Below are positions 28,456 to 38,739 of a DNA stretch of 64,000 nucleotides, one piece after another. The notes below the pieces were generated by a model. That model saw only the letters and a list, made by a program, of their open reading frames with translations, was not told the origin of the DNA and searched no databases. The stretch covers positions 416,001 through 480,000 of the forward strand of contig CBDCTH010000004.1 in NCBI GenBank assembly GCA_965222155.1, in the 5' to 3' direction. The position numbers and the translations under genes are program-made. This DNA is from Gammaproteobacteria bacterium (GTDB taxonomy: Bacteria; Pseudomonadota; Gammaproteobacteria; Eutrophobiales; Eutrophobiaceae). Each line of letters begins with the position of its first letter. The first letter of the stretch is position 1.

Positions 28456-30393
28456 ATGTCTGAAGTACATATTTATCCTGCACCCCTGACGCTTGCATCA
28501 GCCGCCCATATCAGTGCGGAACGATACTCTGCGATGTATGAGCGTTCAATCAACGAGCCGGAGGCTTTCTGGGCCGAGCAGGCCGAACAGTTCGTCAGTT
28601 GGTTTAAAAAATGGGATAAAGTCCAGGATTGGGACTATGAGAGCGTGAACATCAAATGGTTCACCGGGGCGAAACTGAACGTATCGTATAATTGCCTGGA
28701 CCGGCACCTGGAGACCCGCGGCGATGACGTTGCCATCATCTGGGAAGGCGATGATCCCGATATTGACAAGAAAATCACCTACCGGGAGCTGCACCGGGAA
28801 GTCTGCCGCTTCGCCAACGTCCTGAAAGCAAGGGGCGTGGGCAAGGGCGATCGCATCTCCATCTATATGCCCATGATCCCCGAGGCGACGGTCGCCATGC
28901 TGGCCTGTACCCGCATCGGCGCGGTCCACTCGGTGGTATTCGGCGGGTTCTCGCCGGAGGCACTGAAGGATCGCATACTGGACTCTGATTGCCGGGTGGT
29001 CATTACCGCGGATGAAACCGTGCGCGGTGGCCGCAACACACCGCTGAAGGCGAATACCGACAAGGCCCTGGAACAGTGCCCGGACGTGCATAGCGTGATC
29101 GTGGTAAAACGTTCCGGCGCGGACGTGGGCTGGAATGCGGCGCGCGATGTGTGGTATCACGAACAGATGGCGAATGCCGCGGCGGAATGCCCGCCGGAGG
29201 AAATGGATGCGGAAGATCCGTTGTTTATCCTGTACACCTCAGGCTCCACCGGCAAGCCCAAGGGCGTATTGCATACGATGGGCGGCTACCTGCTGTACAC
29301 CGCGCTGACCCATAAGTATGTGTTTGATTACCAGGATGGGGAGGTTTACTGGTGTACCGCGGACGTCGGCTGGGTGACGGGGCATTCCTATATTGTCTAC
29401 GGCCCCCTGTGCAACGGCGCCACCACCCTGATGTTTGAAGGTGTCCCGACCTACCCTGACGCGGGCCGGTTCTGGCAGGTGGTGGATAAACACCAGGTCA
29501 ATATTTTCTATACTGCGCCCACTGCATTGCGCGCCCTGATGGGGCAGGGCGATAAGTTCGTGAAACAGCATGATCGCAGCAGCCTGCGCGTGCTCGGCAG
29601 TGTCGGCGAACCCATCAACCCGGAAGCCTGGGAGTGGTATTACCACGTCGTCGGTGACGGGCGCTGTCCGATTGCGGATACCTGGTGGCAGACGGAGACC
29701 GGCGGCGTACTGATTGCGCCGTACCCGGGCGCGACCGCCCTGAAACCCGGCTCCGCAACCCGGCCCTGCTTCGGCGTGGAGCCCTGCCTGGTGGACGACA
29801 AGGGCAACGAGTTGCACGGAGCGACCTCGGGGTCGCTGTGCCTGAAGCGCTCCTGGCCCGGTCAGATGCGTACCGTGTACGGCGATCACCAGCGCTTCAT
29901 AGATACCTATTTCAAGACCTTTCCCGGCAAGTATTTCACCGGTGACGGCGCCCGTCGGGATGAGGACGGTTATTACTGGATCACCGGGCGGGTTGACGAT
30001 GTGATCAACGTCTCCGGTCACCGTATGGGGACGGCTGAAGTGGAAAGCGCCCTGGTGCTGCATGACGCGGTCGCCGAAGCGGCCGTGGTGGGGTTTCCCC
30101 ATGATATCAAGGGCCAGGGGATCTATGCTTACGTGACCTTGATGCAGGATGCCGACCCTTCCCCTGAACTTAACAAGGAACTGGTGCAGCACGTACGCCG
30201 GGAGATCGGCCCCATCGCCAGCCCGGACGTGATCCAGTGGGCGCCCGGCCTGCCCAAGACCCGTTCCGGCAAGATCATGCGCCGCATCCTGCGCAAGATA
30301 GCAGCCAATGAACTGGACAACCTGGGCGACATCAGCACCCTTGCCGACCCCGCCGTGGTGGACGACCTGGTCGATAACCGGGCGGTCAGGTGA
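28456..30393 (+). CDS. acs: Acetyl-CoA synthetase
   Basis: [45 protein letters not shown]. Confidence 0.97.
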   Translation: MSEVHIYPAPLTLASAAHISAERYSAMYERSINEPEAFWAEQAEQFVSWFKKWDKVQDWDYESVNIKWFTGAKLNVSYNCLDRHLETRGDDVAIIWEGDDPDIDKKITYRELHREVCRFANVLKARGVGKGDRISIYMPMIPEATVAMLACTRIGAVHSVVFGGFSPEALKDRILDSDCRVVITADETVRGGRNTPLKANTDKALEQCPDVHSVIVVKRSGADVGWNAARDVWYHEQMANAAAECPPEEMDAEDPLFILYTSGSTGKPKGVLHTMGGYLLYTALTHKYVFDYQDGEVYWCTADVGWVTGHSYIVYGPLCNGATTLMFEGVPTYPDAGRFWQVVDKHQVNIFYTAPTALRALMGQGDKFVKQHDRSSLRVLGSVGEPINPEAWEWYYHVVGDGRCPIADTWWQTETGGVLIAPYPGATALKPGSATRPCFGVEPCLVDDKGNELHGATSGSLCLKRSWPGQMRTVYGDHQRFIDTYFKTFPGKYFTGDGARRDEDGYYWITGRVDDVINVSGHRMGTAEVESALVLHDAVAEAAVVGFPHDIKGQGIYAYVTLMQDADPSPELNKELVQHVRREIGPIASPDVIQWAPGLPKTRSGKIMRRILRKIAANELDNLGDISTLADPAVVDDLVDNRAVR

Positions 30394-30411
30394 TGGAGTC
30401 GACCACCCGTT

Positions 30412-30545
30412 CCATTCCTGCGAAAGCAGGAATCTTCCGACTGCCATTCCTGCGAAAGCAGGAATCCACCCTCGTACCATTCCTGCGAAAGCAGGAATCC
30501 AGTATGTGGTGGTACCGCCATGGATTCCTGCTTACACAGGAATGG
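30412..30545. repeat. REP-like cluster CATTCCTGCGAAAGCAGGAATC x3 plus an inverted copy
   Basis: ATTCC-N-GGAAT palindromes between acs and phaC. Confidence 0.8.
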
Positions 30546-30559
30546 TAACACAGCATTCA

Positions 30560-31783
30560 ATGACTCAGAAAACCGCCGGCGGGCAGCCTGGAACTGCGCT
30601 TTCACCGGACGCGATCGCAGCCCTGAAAGAGTATTTCAACCTGTGGCTGGAATGCGGGGAGCAGGCGTATGCGGAAATGGCATTTACCGAGGAATACTCG
30701 CGCAACTTTGCCGGCCTGGTGAATGCGTTTTTGGCCATGCGGCGCGGGCTTGCCGATGAGGCGGCCGGGTTCGACCTGCCGTTGCCTCCGGGTTTTGCAA
30801 AGCCGTCCGGCGCCGCCCCTGTTGACGTCGGTCCTTCGCTCAGGGACGAGGTGTACTACGAGGACAAGGTCAGGCTGTACCACTACAAACCGCTTGTTGC
30901 CGAACCCCATGGCGTCCCCGTCCTGATCGTCTACGCCCTGGTCAACAGGCCGTACATCATGGACCTGCAGGACGGGCGTTCGTTAATCCAGGGGTTGCTC
31001 AAGGCCGGCCTGGACGTTTACCTGCTTGACTGGGGCTATCCGGATAAGGACGACGTGGCCCTGACCCTGGACGATTACATCAACCGCTACCTGGACAACT
31101 CGGTGAATTTCATCAGGCAGCGGGGTGGTGCAGACCGGATTAACCTGCTGGGGGTGTGCCAGGGGGGGACGTTCTGTCTCTGTTATACGGCCCTGCGCCA
31201 GCACAAAGTCGCCAACCTGGTGACCAGCGTCACGCCTGTGGACTTTCATACCCACCGGGACCTGCTTAGCCACCTGGTCCGGCACCTGGACATCGACCTG
31301 GGCGTGGACACCCTGGGCAATATACCCGGCGAGTTCCTGAACTGGCTGTTCCTGCTCTTGAGGCCGTATCGGCTGACCGGGAAAAAATACCTGGACGCGC
31401 TGGATATCCTGGATGACAAGGACAAGCTCGCCATGTTCATGCGCATGGAAAAGTGGATTTTTGACAGCCCCGACCAGGCCGGAGAGGCGTGCCGCCAGTT
31501 CGCCGGGGATTTTTACCAGGGTAATAAACTGGTGAAGGGAGAGGTACGCATCGGCGGGCAACAGGTTGACCTGGAACAGATATCGATCCCGATCCTCAAT
31601 ATCTACGCAAGTGATGACCACCTGGTCCCGACCGATGCATCCAAGGCCCTGGCGGGTTGCATCAGCAGCGAGGATTACACCGAACTGGACCTACCGGGCG
31701 GCCACATCGGCATCTACGTCGGCGCCGACTCCCAGTCAACCCTCCCCGGCGCCATCAACGACTGGCTCAGAGCACGCCCCTGA
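30560..31783 (+). CDS. phaC: Class III PHA synthase PhaC with an N-terminal PhaE-like fragment
   Basis: PVLIVYALVNRPY, lipase box GVCQGG, SDDHLVP, GGHIG; start uncertain (30542 or 30560). Confidence 0.9.
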   Translation: MTQKTAGGQPGTALSPDAIAALKEYFNLWLECGEQAYAEMAFTEEYSRNFAGLVNAFLAMRRGLADEAAGFDLPLPPGFAKPSGAAPVDVGPSLRDEVYYEDKVRLYHYKPLVAEPHGVPVLIVYALVNRPYIMDLQDGRSLIQGLLKAGLDVYLLDWGYPDKDDVALTLDDYINRYLDNSVNFIRQRGGADRINLLGVCQGGTFCLCYTALRQHKVANLVTSVTPVDFHTHRDLLSHLVRHLDIDLGVDTLGNIPGEFLNWLFLLLRPYRLTGKKYLDALDILDDKDKLAMFMRMEKWIFDSPDQAGEACRQFAGDFYQGNKLVKGEVRIGGQQVDLEQISIPILNIYASDDHLVPTDASKALAGCISSEDYTELDLPGGHIGIYVGADSQSTLPGAINDWLRARP

Positions 31784-31817
31784 CGCAACACCATTCCTGC
31801 GAAATCAGCGAATCTTT

Positions 31818-32013
31818 TTAATTTGGGACACCCATTAATTTGGGAAGTCGAATCTTTAATTTGGGACACCCATTAATTTGGGAAGTAAATTTGGAATTTA
31901 TGGGTGTCCTGAATTGACCTCCTACATTGACCCGAATTTATGGGTGTCCTAAATTGACCCCTGAATTTATGGGTGTCCTGAATTGCCCCCCTAATTTATG
32001 GGTGTCCTAAATT
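31818..32013. repeat. Palindromic cluster of GGACACCCAT repeats
   Basis: 2 forward and 4 reverse copies between convergent phaC and hpnA. Confidence 0.85.
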
Positions 32014-32022
32014 GATCTCTGG

Positions 32023-33009
32023 TTAGCAGTACTTGTTGTCCCGGAACCAGTCTATTGCGTCTTCTATGGCCTTGCGGGCGGGGCGGGGGTGGTAGTCGAG
32101 GGTTTGTTTTGCCAGGGTGGAGGAGAAATACATGTGTTTTTTTGCCATGTTTACGCTGTCCACCGTTGTAAACGGTTCTTTTTTGCTGATCAGCGCCCAT
32201 TTTTCGGCCAGCCAGGCGATGGGGTAGACGGCGTTGTGGGGTAGTCTCACTTTTGGGGGTGGCAGGTTTGCGTAGTCGCAGATGATACCCAGGATGGTTT
32301 TCAGTGACATGTCTTCCCCGCCCAGGATGTAGCGGTTGCCCGGTTCGCCCCGGTCAAACGCCTGCAGGTGGCCTTTTGCCACGTCGTCTACGTGCGCTAT
32401 GTTCAATCCTGTGTCCACGTAGGCCGGGATTTTCCTTTTCAACGTATCGACGATGATCCGGCCGGTGGGTGTCGGCTTGATGTCGCGCGGACCGATCGGT
32501 GTGGACGGGTTGACGATGACGATGGGCAGCCCTTGTTCTTCGACCAGTTCCCGGACTGCCTGCTCGGCCAGGTATTTGGAGCGCTTGTAGTGGCCGACCA
32601 TGTCTTCCAGGGTGACGGGCGTAGTTTCATCCGCGGGGCTGCGGTCCCGGTTGATGCCCAGAGTTGCCACGCTGCTGGTGTAGACCATTCTGCTGACGCC
32701 TGCATCCGCGGCCTGCCGGAACAGGTCCCGGGTGCCGTCAACGTTGGTCCGGTACATGCTTGCCGGGTCGGGTATCCACAGGCGGTAGTCGGCGGCGACG
32801 TGGAACAGGTAGTTGCATCCGCTGACGGCCCGTTGCAGCGAGGAGGTGTTGGTCAGGTCGCCTTCAACCAGGGTGACTGCCAGTTGTTCCAGGTTGCGCC
32901 GGTCGCTGCCGGGCCTGACCAGGGCCTTCACCTCGTGGCCTTGTTGCAGCAGTTCCCGTACCAGCGCCGACCCGACGAAGCCGTTGGCGCCGGTAATCAG
33001 CGTGGTCAT
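32023..33009 (-). CDS. hpnA: Hopanoid-associated NAD-dependent epimerase/dehydratase
   Basis: TGANGFVG, HVAADYRLW, YKRSK, NPSTPIGPRDIKPTPTG; hopanoid gene context. Confidence 0.88.
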   Translation of the reverse strand: MTTLITGANGFVGSALVRELLQQGHEVKALVRPGSDRRNLEQLAVTLVEGDLTNTSSLQRAVSGCNYLFHVAADYRLWIPDPASMYRTNVDGTRDLFRQAADAGVSRMVYTSSVATLGINRDRSPADETTPVTLEDMVGHYKRSKYLAEQAVRELVEEQGLPIVIVNPSTPIGPRDIKPTPTGRIIVDTLKRKIPAYVDTGLNIAHVDDVAKGHLQAFDRGEPGNRYILGGEDMSLKTILGIICDYANLPPPKVRLPHNAVYPIAWLAEKWALISKKEPFTTVDSVNMAKKHMYFSSTLAKQTLDYHPRPARKAIEDAIDWFRDNKYC

Positions 33010-33605
33010 TTACGGTTAAGCCTGAGGTAGTCGCGCAGGGTCCACAATGCAAACGCGGGCGCGCCGATTGCGGCCACGATGAGGAACGGTTGCAGCACAT
33101 CAAAAAACGTGATCAGCGGCAGCAGGTAGAAGACGTCTTCGATCTCGAACAGCCCGATATTGGGTTGATCGATTTGCTCTTTGCCCGCCATGTTGCTGAT
33201 CATCAGGCGCAACTGGAAAATGGCGGCCACCGACACGCCGGCGAATATCCCCATGGGTAGCGCCCAGGCGCCCAGGGGGCCGTGCATCAGGCAGATGCCT
33301 ATGCCTATGAAGAGCAGGATATCGACGACGGCGTCGCTGGCGAGGTCGTAGTAATGTCCGAACTTGCTCGTCTTGCCGGTGATCCTGGCCAGTTCTCCGT
33401 CGGTGTGGTCGAGGAAGTTGGAAAGGGCAAAGCACAGCGCGCCGGCGTTGACCAGGTTCGTCTCACCAGTGCTGATCAGTACGCAGGCGATTACGCCAGC
33501 AAGCAGTCGCGCCGTCGTAAGGTGGTTGGGCGTAATCGCAGAATCCCGCAAAGGATTAACAAGTCTGGCAGCCAGTCTGGCGTCAAGCGGTTTATTTTCC
33601 GGCAT
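33006..33605 (-). CDS. CDP-alcohol phosphatidyltransferase family protein
   Basis: ITPNHLT and DHTDGELARITGKTSKFGHYYDLASD motif. Confidence 0.9.
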   Translation of the reverse strand: MPENKPLDARLAARLVNPLRDSAITPNHLTTARLLAGVIACVLISTGETNLVNAGALCFALSNFLDHTDGELARITGKTSKFGHYYDLASDAVVDILLFIGIGICLMHGPLGAWALPMGIFAGVSVAAIFQLRLMISNMAGKEQIDQPNIGLFEIEDVFYLLPLITFFDVLQPFLIVAAIGAPAFALWTLRDYLRLNRK

Positions 33606-33686
33606 GGGGTTAATTCAGGGCTGCTTCCATAACCGTGCAAATTATATCGGCAAAATATACCTGTGCCACCCTTTTATTCTTCATAG

Positions 33687-33950
33687 GTTAATTCAGGAAG
33701 GTTAATTCAGGACACCCATAAATTAGCAGGAGGTTAATCCAGGACACCCATCCATTAAGGACATTAATCTAGAAAAATTTGGGACACCAGAAAAATTTGG
33801 GACACCCATAAATTGATCGATAACCGAATTTTTATGGGTGTCCCAAATTGAGTCCAGAACATCAACCAATTTATGGGTGTCCCAAATTGAGTCCCATCAA
33901 TTCATGGGTGTCCCAAATTTACTTCCCAAATTTATGGGTGTCCTGAATTA
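33687..33950. repeat. Palindromic cluster of GGACACCCATAAAT repeats
   Basis: Central ~63 bp nearly identical to 26264..26326. Confidence 0.85.
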
Positions 33951-34027
33951 AGAAGGTCGATTCAGGGGAGGTCAATTCAGAAATCAGACTGGATACCAGG
34001 TCAAGCCCGGCGTGACGGCAAAGACTG

Positions 34028-36700
34028 TCAGCGCGATCTGGCGACTACTGTGAGCAGGGCGGGCAGGACCAGCAGCATACATGCCAGGGTAACGCCGATG
34101 CCCAGGGTCAGCAACATTCCCATGCTGGCGGTGCCTGCGTGTGGAGACAGCGCGAGGTTACCGACGCCGCCCATGGTGGTCAGGGAGCTGACAACCACTG
34201 CACGAGCCGAACTGGTGGCCAGGATGCTTTTCCCGTCGGGCAGGTCGGTCCGGAACCGGTGGATGATATGGATGCCGCTGTCCACGCCTATCCCCAGCAA
34301 TAACGGCAGGGCGATCACGTTGGCGAAGTTGAGCGGGAGCCCGGCCAGCACGCTGATCCCGCCGGTTATCGCGGCTGCCATGAGCAGCGGGATCAACACC
34401 AGGAACACGTCTCTCTTACGGGTCAGGAGCACGTACAACATGAGCGTGATGGCGATAAACGCATACAGGAATGCCTGTTTGAATGCGGCAGCCACCGCGT
34501 CGCTGGCCTCCAGGTTATTGACCGGCGAACCGGTGACCTGGGGAGTGATGGACTGGATTTCACGGACGAACTGCCTTAATGCTGCGTTGTCCTGCATGTC
34601 CTGTTTCGGGTAGATCTCGATACGCTGCTGGCCGTCGGCGCTGAGCCAGAGTTGTTTCAGTTCGGCTGGCAGGTTTTCCAGGGAAATGTAATCGGCATTC
34701 AGGGACGCATTCAATGCTTCCAGGCGCCCGGGCAGGGAAGCCAGCAGAGACTGTTCCAGTTGCGCCAGTTTCTCCGCACCATTCCCGTCATCCCCGTCAT
34801 TCCCGCGATAGCGGGGATCCTCCCTGTCCCGCAGGGACGGGTCCAGTTCCGCAAGCAACCCGGCAAGGTTCACGCGCAACCTGGCCATGACCGGGTCGTC
34901 CGTCCCGTCTGCCTGCAATTTCTCTTGGAAAGCGCGCAGTGCGGCCAAGCGCGCGGCGGGACTTTGGGTCTCCGGATCCGGCTGAGCCGCGACCGATAAA
35001 TCGCCCAGCAGCAGGCTCATCTCATCGATGATATACAGTTTTTCATCCTGGTCCCCGGGTATGAAATCCGCTATCGAGACGACTTTATCGACCAGCTCCG
35101 AGCGGGCAAACTGGTCCCGGTAGCTGTCTGCCTGTGCCGCGTCGCCGGCGATCATGATCCCGGTCCAGGGGGTCAGGTCGTTATCCGCGAGCAATTGCCG
35201 GAAGGTCGTCAGCGCCGCGCCGTCCTGGTCGTGCAGGTTAAGCGTGTTGTGGTCGAAGCGGATGCCGCTGAGCAGCACGGCAGAGGCCAGCGCGAGCAAG
35301 GACGCACCGCCCAGGATCTTGCCGGGGTGGAGGTCAATCAGCCGGCATCCCCCGGCCGGTCGCTCCGGTCCGGGTTTGACCGGCAGCAGGGTCAGCAGCG
35401 CCGGTATCACCGTGAGGGTGACCGCAAAACTGATGAACATGCCGAAACCGGAAATCCAGCCGAGTTCCGCCACGCCCGTGTAGTCGGTGGGGATAAAGGC
35501 AAAAAAGCCGATGGCGGTGCTGGCCGCGCACAGGAATAACGAGCCGCCGACGTTGACCGAGGTCTGCTCCAGTGCGCGGCGCCGGTCTGCGCCGTCGATG
35601 AGATGTTCCCGGTAGCGCAGGCAGTAGTGGATCGCGAAATCGACTCCCAGGCCGATGTACAACACGGCGAATGCCACTGAAATCAGGTTCAGCTCGCCGA
35701 CCGTGAGGGTGGCGAAGGCTGCGGTGAACAGCAGGCCCGTGACCAGGCTGATCACGCTGACCAGGGCCAGCCTGGCGGAGCCCAGGCCGATCAGCATGAT
35801 GACCGTGACCAGGGCCAGGGCGAGGACGATGGCCGTTTTGGTGCCTTTCATTACGCTCAGCATTTCTTCGTGCGCCAGCACAGTGGCGCCGGTCAGCCGG
35901 ATCTGCGCGCCCGGGGATGTGGCAATGTTCAGGTCTTCATATACCTGGTGGATTTTGTCGATGGCGGGGGTCGCCGGAAAAAAACCGGCGTAATCCAGCT
36001 TCGGCTGCATCAGGATAAACTCGCGATAGGTGGACTTCTCCGCGCCGGCGCCGGGCAGGCCGGCGTCACCTGGGTTGTCGCCGGACATCAGTTCCTGCCA
36101 TGACATGCGCAATGGCCGGTTGTCTTGCAGCGCCTCTATAGCGGCGTTGATGCGGGTCAGGATGGGGTTGAGTTCTACATCTTCTCCATCTTCCCGGGCA
36201 TCGAGCGCTTCGGTCAGTACGCCAAACAACCCGTGCAGGGAGGGGTCGCGCGCCAGTTTTGCCAGGAATGGCTGGACCTCGGCGAGGTTGTCGGAAAGGT
36301 CCTGGAGTTCCTTCGTATCGAGATAGAGCAGGCCGGATTCCCGGAACACCGACAGGGCATTCGGGTAATACACGAACTCGAATAATGCCTGTTCCGGCTT
36401 CAGGCGCTCGTTGAGTAATGCGGCGGCGTCCCCGGCCTGGTCCGGCGTCGCGGCCTCTACGACGATGAGTATATTATTATCGTATTGCGGGAAGCGTTTT
36501 TCATACTCCTGATCCAGTTTGCGCCAGACAAGCTCCTCGGACAGCATGTCCTCGGTGTCGGTATTCATGCTGAGATTGTCCACGGTATAACGCATGGCAA
36601 AGAAGGCGAGGGCGAATACCACCACCAGAACCGCAACAGCGGTGCTACGGACGAAGCTGACCCATTTGAGCAGTAACAAGGAGGAGAACTGCTTTATCAT
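34028..36700 (-). CDS. hpnN: Hopanoid transporter, MMPL/RND family
   Basis: Two TM halves with GLGVDFAIH and GIGVDSGIH motifs; hopanoid gene context. Confidence 0.88.
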   Translation of the reverse strand: MIKQFSSLLLLKWVSFVRSTAVAVLVVVFALAFFAMRYTVDNLSMNTDTEDMLSEELVWRKLDQEYEKRFPQYDNNILIVVEAATPDQAGDAAALLNERLKPEQALFEFVYYPNALSVFRESGLLYLDTKELQDLSDNLAEVQPFLAKLARDPSLHGLFGVLTEALDAREDGEDVELNPILTRINAAIEALQDNRPLRMSWQELMSGDNPGDAGLPGAGAEKSTYREFILMQPKLDYAGFFPATPAIDKIHQVYEDLNIATSPGAQIRLTGATVLAHEEMLSVMKGTKTAIVLALALVTVIMLIGLGSARLALVSVISLVTGLLFTAAFATLTVGELNLISVAFAVLYIGLGVDFAIHYCLRYREHLIDGADRRRALEQTSVNVGGSLFLCAASTAIGFFAFIPTDYTGVAELGWISGFGMFISFAVTLTVIPALLTLLPVKPGPERPAGGCRLIDLHPGKILGGASLLALASAVLLSGIRFDHNTLNLHDQDGAALTTFRQLLADNDLTPWTGIMIAGDAAQADSYRDQFARSELVDKVVSIADFIPGDQDEKLYIIDEMSLLLGDLSVAAQPDPETQSPAARLAALRAFQEKLQADGTDDPVMARLRVNLAGLLAELDPSLRDREDPRYRGNDGDDGNGAEKLAQLEQSLLASLPGRLEALNASLNADYISLENLPAELKQLWLSADGQQRIEIYPKQDMQDNAALRQFVREIQSITPQVTGSPVNNLEASDAVAAAFKQAFLYAFIAITLMLYVLLTRKRDVFLVLIPLLMAAAITGGISVLAGLPLNFANVIALPLLLGIGVDSGIHIIHRFRTDLPDGKSILATSSARAVVVSSLTTMGGVGNLALSPHAGTASMGMLLTLGIGVTLACMLLVLPALLTVVARSR

Positions 36701-36875
36701 CTTACAAAAACGCTGTCATCCCGTGATATTTGGGGTCAGAGTAAAAATACTCAGCAATAAACCATCGCAACTTACCGTGTTCTCCGTATTTTTACTCTGA
36801 CCCCAAATATCGCCGGGTCAAGCCCGGCATAACGACCAGGGCTCCTGCCGGCATGACGGTGGTGACAAGGATTCT

Positions 36876-37616
36876 TCAGACCCGGAATACGTATTCCTTA
36901 CCGGGTTCTCTCTCACAATCCGGTGGAAAGCTTTTACGTTTGTCGATGTAATACTGCCGTCTGTGGTCGCCTTCAGACAGTCTGTTATAGGTAACGTAAA
37001 GCACTCTCCTGGGATTATCGGTCAGGTTCTCTCTGGAGCGGTGCGGTGCGAAGGAATCGAAGAAGATCGTGTCGCCGGGTTCCGTGGGGATGGGGGCATA
37101 GTCCAGGGCGTCTTCTTCCAGGGGCGTCCACTTCTCGCCTATCAATCCCTGGGTATGCTGGCCCGGGGCCATTTCCATACAGCCGTTCTCTATATTGCAG
37201 GTATCGATGCTGACCAGGGCCGTGATATGCAGCCCGGCATAGGTATCCCACCCGGCCTGGACGTCCTGGTGAGCCTTGAAACCGGCGCCCCCCGGCAATT
37301 TGAAATTGATTTTGTCCTTGTATAACACGGACTCAGTACCGAACAGGCGCGTGCAGACGCCTTTTAATTTCCCACCGTTGAAGACACGGCTGAACTGGCC
37401 GTGGTACGGTTCGATGTCTTCTACGCGGCTCAGTATCCGTTCGCCGGTGAGGCAACTTTCCTCGAAGTATTTCATATATTTTCCAAGCTGTTCAGGATAC
37501 GCCATGACTTCGTCGGTCCAGCGGGTTAAGTCCGCTATTTCATGGGCGTCAAACAGCCCCCGGTAAACCAGGTACCCGTCGCGCTGAAATTCTTCAACCT
37601 GTTGTTCTGTGAGCAT
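36876..37616 (-). CDS. Fe(II)/2-oxoglutarate dioxygenase, PhyH family
   Basis: F.RDGYL, KDKINFKLPGGAGFKAHQD, PGDTIFFD...PHRS..N...RR. Confidence 0.88.
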   Translation of the reverse strand: MLTEQQVEEFQRDGYLVYRGLFDAHEIADLTRWTDEVMAYPEQLGKYMKYFEESCLTGERILSRVEDIEPYHGQFSRVFNGGKLKGVCTRLFGTESVLYKDKINFKLPGGAGFKAHQDVQAGWDTYAGLHITALVSIDTCNIENGCMEMAPGQHTQGLIGEKWTPLEEDALDYAPIPTEPGDTIFFDSFAPHRSRENLTDNPRRVLYVTYNRLSEGDHRRQYYIDKRKSFPPDCEREPGKEYVFRV

Positions 37617-37863
37617 TATGTCGAGGTTTTTGCACTTAAAAATTTATACTTATAAACTAGTTCGACCATTTTGACAAGCCTGGGAAGGAGATCTGGGTGT
37701 CCTAAATTCACCCCTTTAATTAATGGGTGTCCCAAATTGTCAATTTATGGGTGTCCTAAATTCTTCCGTCCTAAATTCTTCCGTCGTCAAATCGGTGCAG
37801 GCTTACCCCTTGGGAAAGAGGACAGGTTTGAAATCTGTCTCCTGGTTTTAATCCTTTGTTTCT

Positions 37864-38604
37864 TCAACCGTTGTCAAGCAGTTCCCGTGCGACCAGTTTC
37901 ATGGTTTTCCCGGCCTGCCGGGAGGCGCTTGCCAGGCGCAATACGGCCGGGATTTGTCCGGGGGACGTGACCAGCCTGGCGCCCAGGGCCAGGCCGTCAA
38001 TCCGGCCGAATTCATCGACTTCGCGCAGGACGATTTCCGGCAGCGCCAGGTCCGCAGGATCCACAATGACCCGTGCGGCGTATCCCTGCAAGCCGCTTTC
38101 CTGTGCCGCCTCGAGTACCCCGGCGCTTTCCATATCCACCGCGATTGCCCCCGTCTGTCCAAACAGGCGCTGTTTGCGGGCGCTGCTTGTGACCGGCTCG
38201 TCCGCGCACGCCAGCGGGCCTGTATGGATGGGGATGTTTTGCCGGGATAGCCGTTGTATTGCCGGTGCGGGCAGTCCGGAGTTGACGACATGGCTGTCGG
38301 CCTGGTCCGGACCCGGTTGCGCCTGTGAGTCGGCCGTATTTGCCGCTACGATCGTTTGCGGCAATAGCAGGTCACCCGGCCTGAGCGCCGGAGACAGTGC
38401 GCCGGCGGTCCCGAAACTGACCAGGCAGTCCACGTTTTCTCCGATCAATTTGTGCGCCGCCTGTTTCGCCCTGTCCCGGCCCATGCCGGACACGATCAGG
38501 GATGTGCTCTCGTTGAGCCTGACGGGTTGTTGGGCAGGCAGTTTCCCCGGCATGAAGCTGGATGCTTCAAAATAGAGCGCGCAGACTATTCCGATACGGT
38601 TCAT
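37864..38604 (-). CDS. Hopanoid-associated phosphorylase (HpnG-like)
   Basis: SGMG, SFGTAGALSPALRPGD and AVDMES of the PNP/UDP phosphorylase fold. Confidence 0.82.
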   Translation of the reverse strand: MNRIGIVCALYFEASSFMPGKLPAQQPVRLNESTSLIVSGMGRDRAKQAAHKLIGENVDCLVSFGTAGALSPALRPGDLLLPQTIVAANTADSQAQPGPDQADSHVVNSGLPAPAIQRLSRQNIPIHTGPLACADEPVTSSARKQRLFGQTGAIAVDMESAGVLEAAQESGLQGYAARVIVDPADLALPEIVLREVDEFGRIDGLALGARLVTSPGQIPAVLRLASASRQAGKTMKLVARELLDNG

Positions 38605-38739
38605 TAATTAACAGTGTAACAAAGGGTCGCCTCCGGCGACACGTTATCAGACTGGATGCCGGGACAAGTCCGGCATGACGACGGGTGTCGCGGTCGCCGT
38701 TCCGGCATGACGACGGGGGTGGGGCGGATCTGTTGATTG

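Noticed and set aside
30308-30559. N-terminal extension of the 491-aa PhaC ORF
   Set aside because: It overlaps acs and reads through a REP cluster; the real start is probably 30542 or 30560.
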